Positions 61,176 through 64,000 of a DNA stretch of 64,000 nucleotides are shown here, one piece after another. Below the pieces are notes generated by a model. That model made no database searches and was not told the DNA's origin. It was given only the letters and a program-made list of their open reading frames with translations. Where the stretch lies: contig JBHGNT010000004.1 in assembly GCA_043228905.1 (NCBI GenBank), positions 496,001-560,000 of the forward strand, read 5' to 3'. The stretch comes from Azolla caroliniana. Taxonomy: Eukaryota; Plantae; Polypodiophyta. Positions within the stretch are counted from its first letter, which is position 1; each line of letters opens with the position of its first letter. A program made the translations under genes and the position numbers.

Positions 61176-64000
61176 TGTTGGGAGACAGGTCCCTCCGGAT
61201 GGGAAGGGAGAAGAACAGTGCCGACGAACAAACTGTATGAGTACCTGGCTACGGAGAGCCGGATGATACAGGCCCGGTGTGAACCGGATGAGTAGTACCC
61301 TGCTACGGAGAGCCGGATGATACAGGCCCGGTGTGAACCGGATGAGTAGTACCCGGCTACGGAGAGCCGGATGATACAGGCTCAGTGTGAACCGGATGAG
61401 GAGTACCTAGCTACGGAGAGCCGGATGGTGCAGAACCGGTATGAACCGGTGTCGAGGTATCCCTCGCTGATGCGTGGAATGAGGCGGGACCTCGGGGGTC
61501 TTGTACCGAAGAGCAATAGAGAAAGGAGAGGGAAAAGACCCACTACGTGCGAGCGTACCTCCACAGGGACACGGCCCTTCGACACGAAGACACGAGCGGG
61601 GAAACAAACACAAAGAGGCACGAAGGTATGTATGTATATATTAACAGAGACAAACAACAAGAAGCACGAAGCCGGTTACAACCGAACAAGCCGGCGAACA
61701 GATGCCGATGCCTGTTCGCAAACGCTCAGAAAGAAAGGAGTAGGTTGGAGGTGCTGCCGGAAGCACTCGGGCGTTCCTCAGAGCAGCGCAAGCCTCCCGA
61801 AACCTGCATAGAAAGAAGCTACGGAGAGTATGGAAGAGAGGAGCCTTCGACCGACAACCCGACAGCACCTCCCCCTCTCTGGTTCCGCCCCCCCCTCCTT
61901 TTATAGGCAAGAAGGGAGTCGTTTCCTATTAACTTCCTACCTACCGAATCTACCTACCTAGGATCTTCCATGTCCCTAATTCTCTCTTATGTACAACATA
62001 AGGCGTACGTGCATGAAAAGCCGGTTCCTATGCTCCGGTGCACCGATTCCGCTCCTGGACGGTTTTCTTCACGACATCCGCCCCCACCTAACCGCACATC
62101 CACCGGCATGCGCCAAATTGAGTTGGGACGGAGAAAACCGATCCAGCCTTCATTCGCCGCCCGTCGGTTCTTCCTCGCTTTCGGACCATTCATCGTCGCG
62201 ATCCAGGTTAACCGGATCCGGCTCGTCGTCGTGACGCTTCTTGAACGCTTTGATCCTTTTCCCAGCTACCGGTATCGCCATTCTCGCGTCGTCGAGTTCC
62301 GCCAGATGGTACGTCCCGTTGTCGTTGGCGCTTTGTACCACGTAAGGCCCGAACCACCTTCTTGCGAACTTCCGTGTTGCCCGGTGTTGGTTGTCGAGGC
62401 TGCTGTCATAGACTAGTACCAAGTCGCCTTCCTCGATCTTCTTCGGTCGTAGCCGGTGCATTCGGTCAAACCGGGCTTTGTTCCTCGTCCTTGCCACCCA
62501 AAGCTTTTCCGTAGCCTGCTCTACGTCCTCCGGTCTTCGCTCGAGCTGCCTTATGCGCGCCGCCAACAATTCCTCCCGGCTCATTTCGTCTCTCCAGTAC
62601 ACGGTTGCCCATGAGGGGATCGTACGTTCCATCGGCATGATCGGCTCCTGCCCAAACATGAGCTCTGCCGGCATGAATCCTGTTACCGAACTGTGCGTAG
62701 TTCGGTCAGCCCACAACGCGTAAGGCAGAGGTCGCGGCCAGTTCCCGACTTGCCCCCCGCATGCCCGAACTAACGCCTTGACGATCGGTCCGTGTTCGCG
62801 CTCCACCTTCCCATTCGCCTCCGGATTGTACACAGTGGTAAGCGAGAGCTTGACTCCTAGCCGGTCGAACAGCTCCTCGGCCTCTTCGGCGTCCAACTCC
62901 CCGCGATCAGCCACGATCTTCCCGACACACCCGTACCGGCATATCACGTCCTCGATCAGGAACCGACATACGGCCGCGGTCGTTTTGTTCTGAAGGGTTC
63001 GGCCTTCCACCTGGTTCATCAGATCTTCCCGAGCCAGGACCAGATACCGCATCTGTCCTACGCCCATCGGCATCGTCACCAAATCTACCATCCATTTGAA
63101 GTGGATGGTCGGAGGGTACGTAGGGTGAAGCTCGTCCCGATGCCGAACTATGGAGTGCATTTGACAGCTCTCGCAAGTTGTCACGAACCGATGCACGTCC
63201 CGGTACAGTCCCGGCCACCAGTACTTCCCCTTTATCTTCTCGAACGTGGCCCACGTTCCACGGTGTCCGGCCCAAGGGCTGTTGTGGTAGGCCGTCAGCA
63301 GCTCCTCCTATTCTTCCTTCATCGCCACCACCCTGAGCGGGACGTCGTTCCTCTTCTTCGGGTGCTTCCATAAGTATCCGTCCCGGAGAAAGAACCGGTA
63401 TGCTTTCTTCCAGATCCGGTTGGTCTCGTCCCTCGTGCACGATGCATCCAGCGTCATTGTCCCCAAGAAACCACCGATCTGCAGCCACTCGCCGTCGTAC
63501 TTGCTCTCGTCGAAGTCGTTAAGCGCCGGAGTGCCCGTCCCATCGGTCGTCACGTACACTGCTTCAAAAAAGTACACGCCGACTTCTTCGTCCTCCGAAA
63601 CCATGCCGCCTTCGTTATCAAACCTCGCCCTTGAAAGCATGTCGGCCATGGCATTGTCCTTTCCGGAAATGTGTCGTATTTCCGGGTCCAGGGACTTGAT
63701 GTACGCTAACCACCTGAGCATTGCCAGGTCCGGTGTCGCGCATCCGGAAACCATGCCGAGAATTGGCAGGCAATCCATCTCGATAATCACTTCTGTCTCG
63801 ATCAGGTAGTCTTTGTCGGCCTTTACTGCCAAAACGATACCCTAGAGTTTGCGTTTAACCTGGGCGTACCCTTGTTGTCGCTCACTGAGGACCTTAGCGC
63901 CGAATCGGATCAAGAACCGGGTGCCGTCCTCGTCTTCTTGGTTGACGACCCATCCGATCCCAGTCGGGCTCGTATCCACCGTTATGTATACCGGGGTACC
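61176..64000 (-). mobile_element. GC-rich non-chromoviral Gypsy, copy B (3' LTR, integrase, RNase H; runs off the window)
   Basis: Homologous to 40315-42900. LTR 61176-62076 (TGTTG...CGACA); integrase ORF 63196-62150; in-frame stops at 63308 and 63842. Confidence 0.93.
61240..61449. repeat. 54-bp tandem repeat (about 4 units) in the LTR of Gypsy copy B
   Basis: AGTACC..GCTACGGAGAGCCGGATGATACAGGCCCGGTGTGAACCGGATGAG at 61240, 61294, 61348 and 61402. Confidence 0.93.

Noticed and set aside
61240-61449. 54-bp repeats as a CRISPR-like array
   Set aside because: Units are contiguous with no unique spacers, lie inside an LTR, and no cas genes are present in this eukaryotic context.

Overview
AT-rich, intron-containing plant nuclear DNA; the mix of retroelement lineages suggests a non-seed land plant such as a fern, but that is inference. 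A gene island at about 11.5-32.4 kb holds three spliced host genes that I reconstructed exon by exon: a beta-carbonic anhydrase (minus), a 79-aa CYSTM cysteine-rich membrane peptide (plus, missed by the ORF track) and a 9-exon CYP97C/LUT1 carotenoid epsilon-hydroxylase (minus). Retroelements flank the island: two copies of one young Ty1/Copia family, a second truncated Copia, two GC-rich non-chromoviral Gypsy copies, a Tcn1/Tf1-sushi-like Gypsy, several L1-like LINEs, solo LTRs and Mutator-like MITEs. The most notable signals are: (1) the Tcn1-like element has no tRNA PBS but a Tf1-type self-priming complement, plus a G-UUA-AAC -1 frameshift site followed by a stem-loop or pseudoknot; (2) the second Copia copy has no TSD and joins a truncated Gypsy to a truncated LINE, the footprint of inter-element recombination; (3) the first Copia has identical LTRs but a 60-bp deletion in the RT core; (4) the two GC-rich Gypsy copies have different LTR ends yet share an in-frame TAG in RNase H. 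I did not find a clearly new multi-gene system; the novelty is at the level of retroelement mechanism and rearrangement. All comparisons were made by eye.
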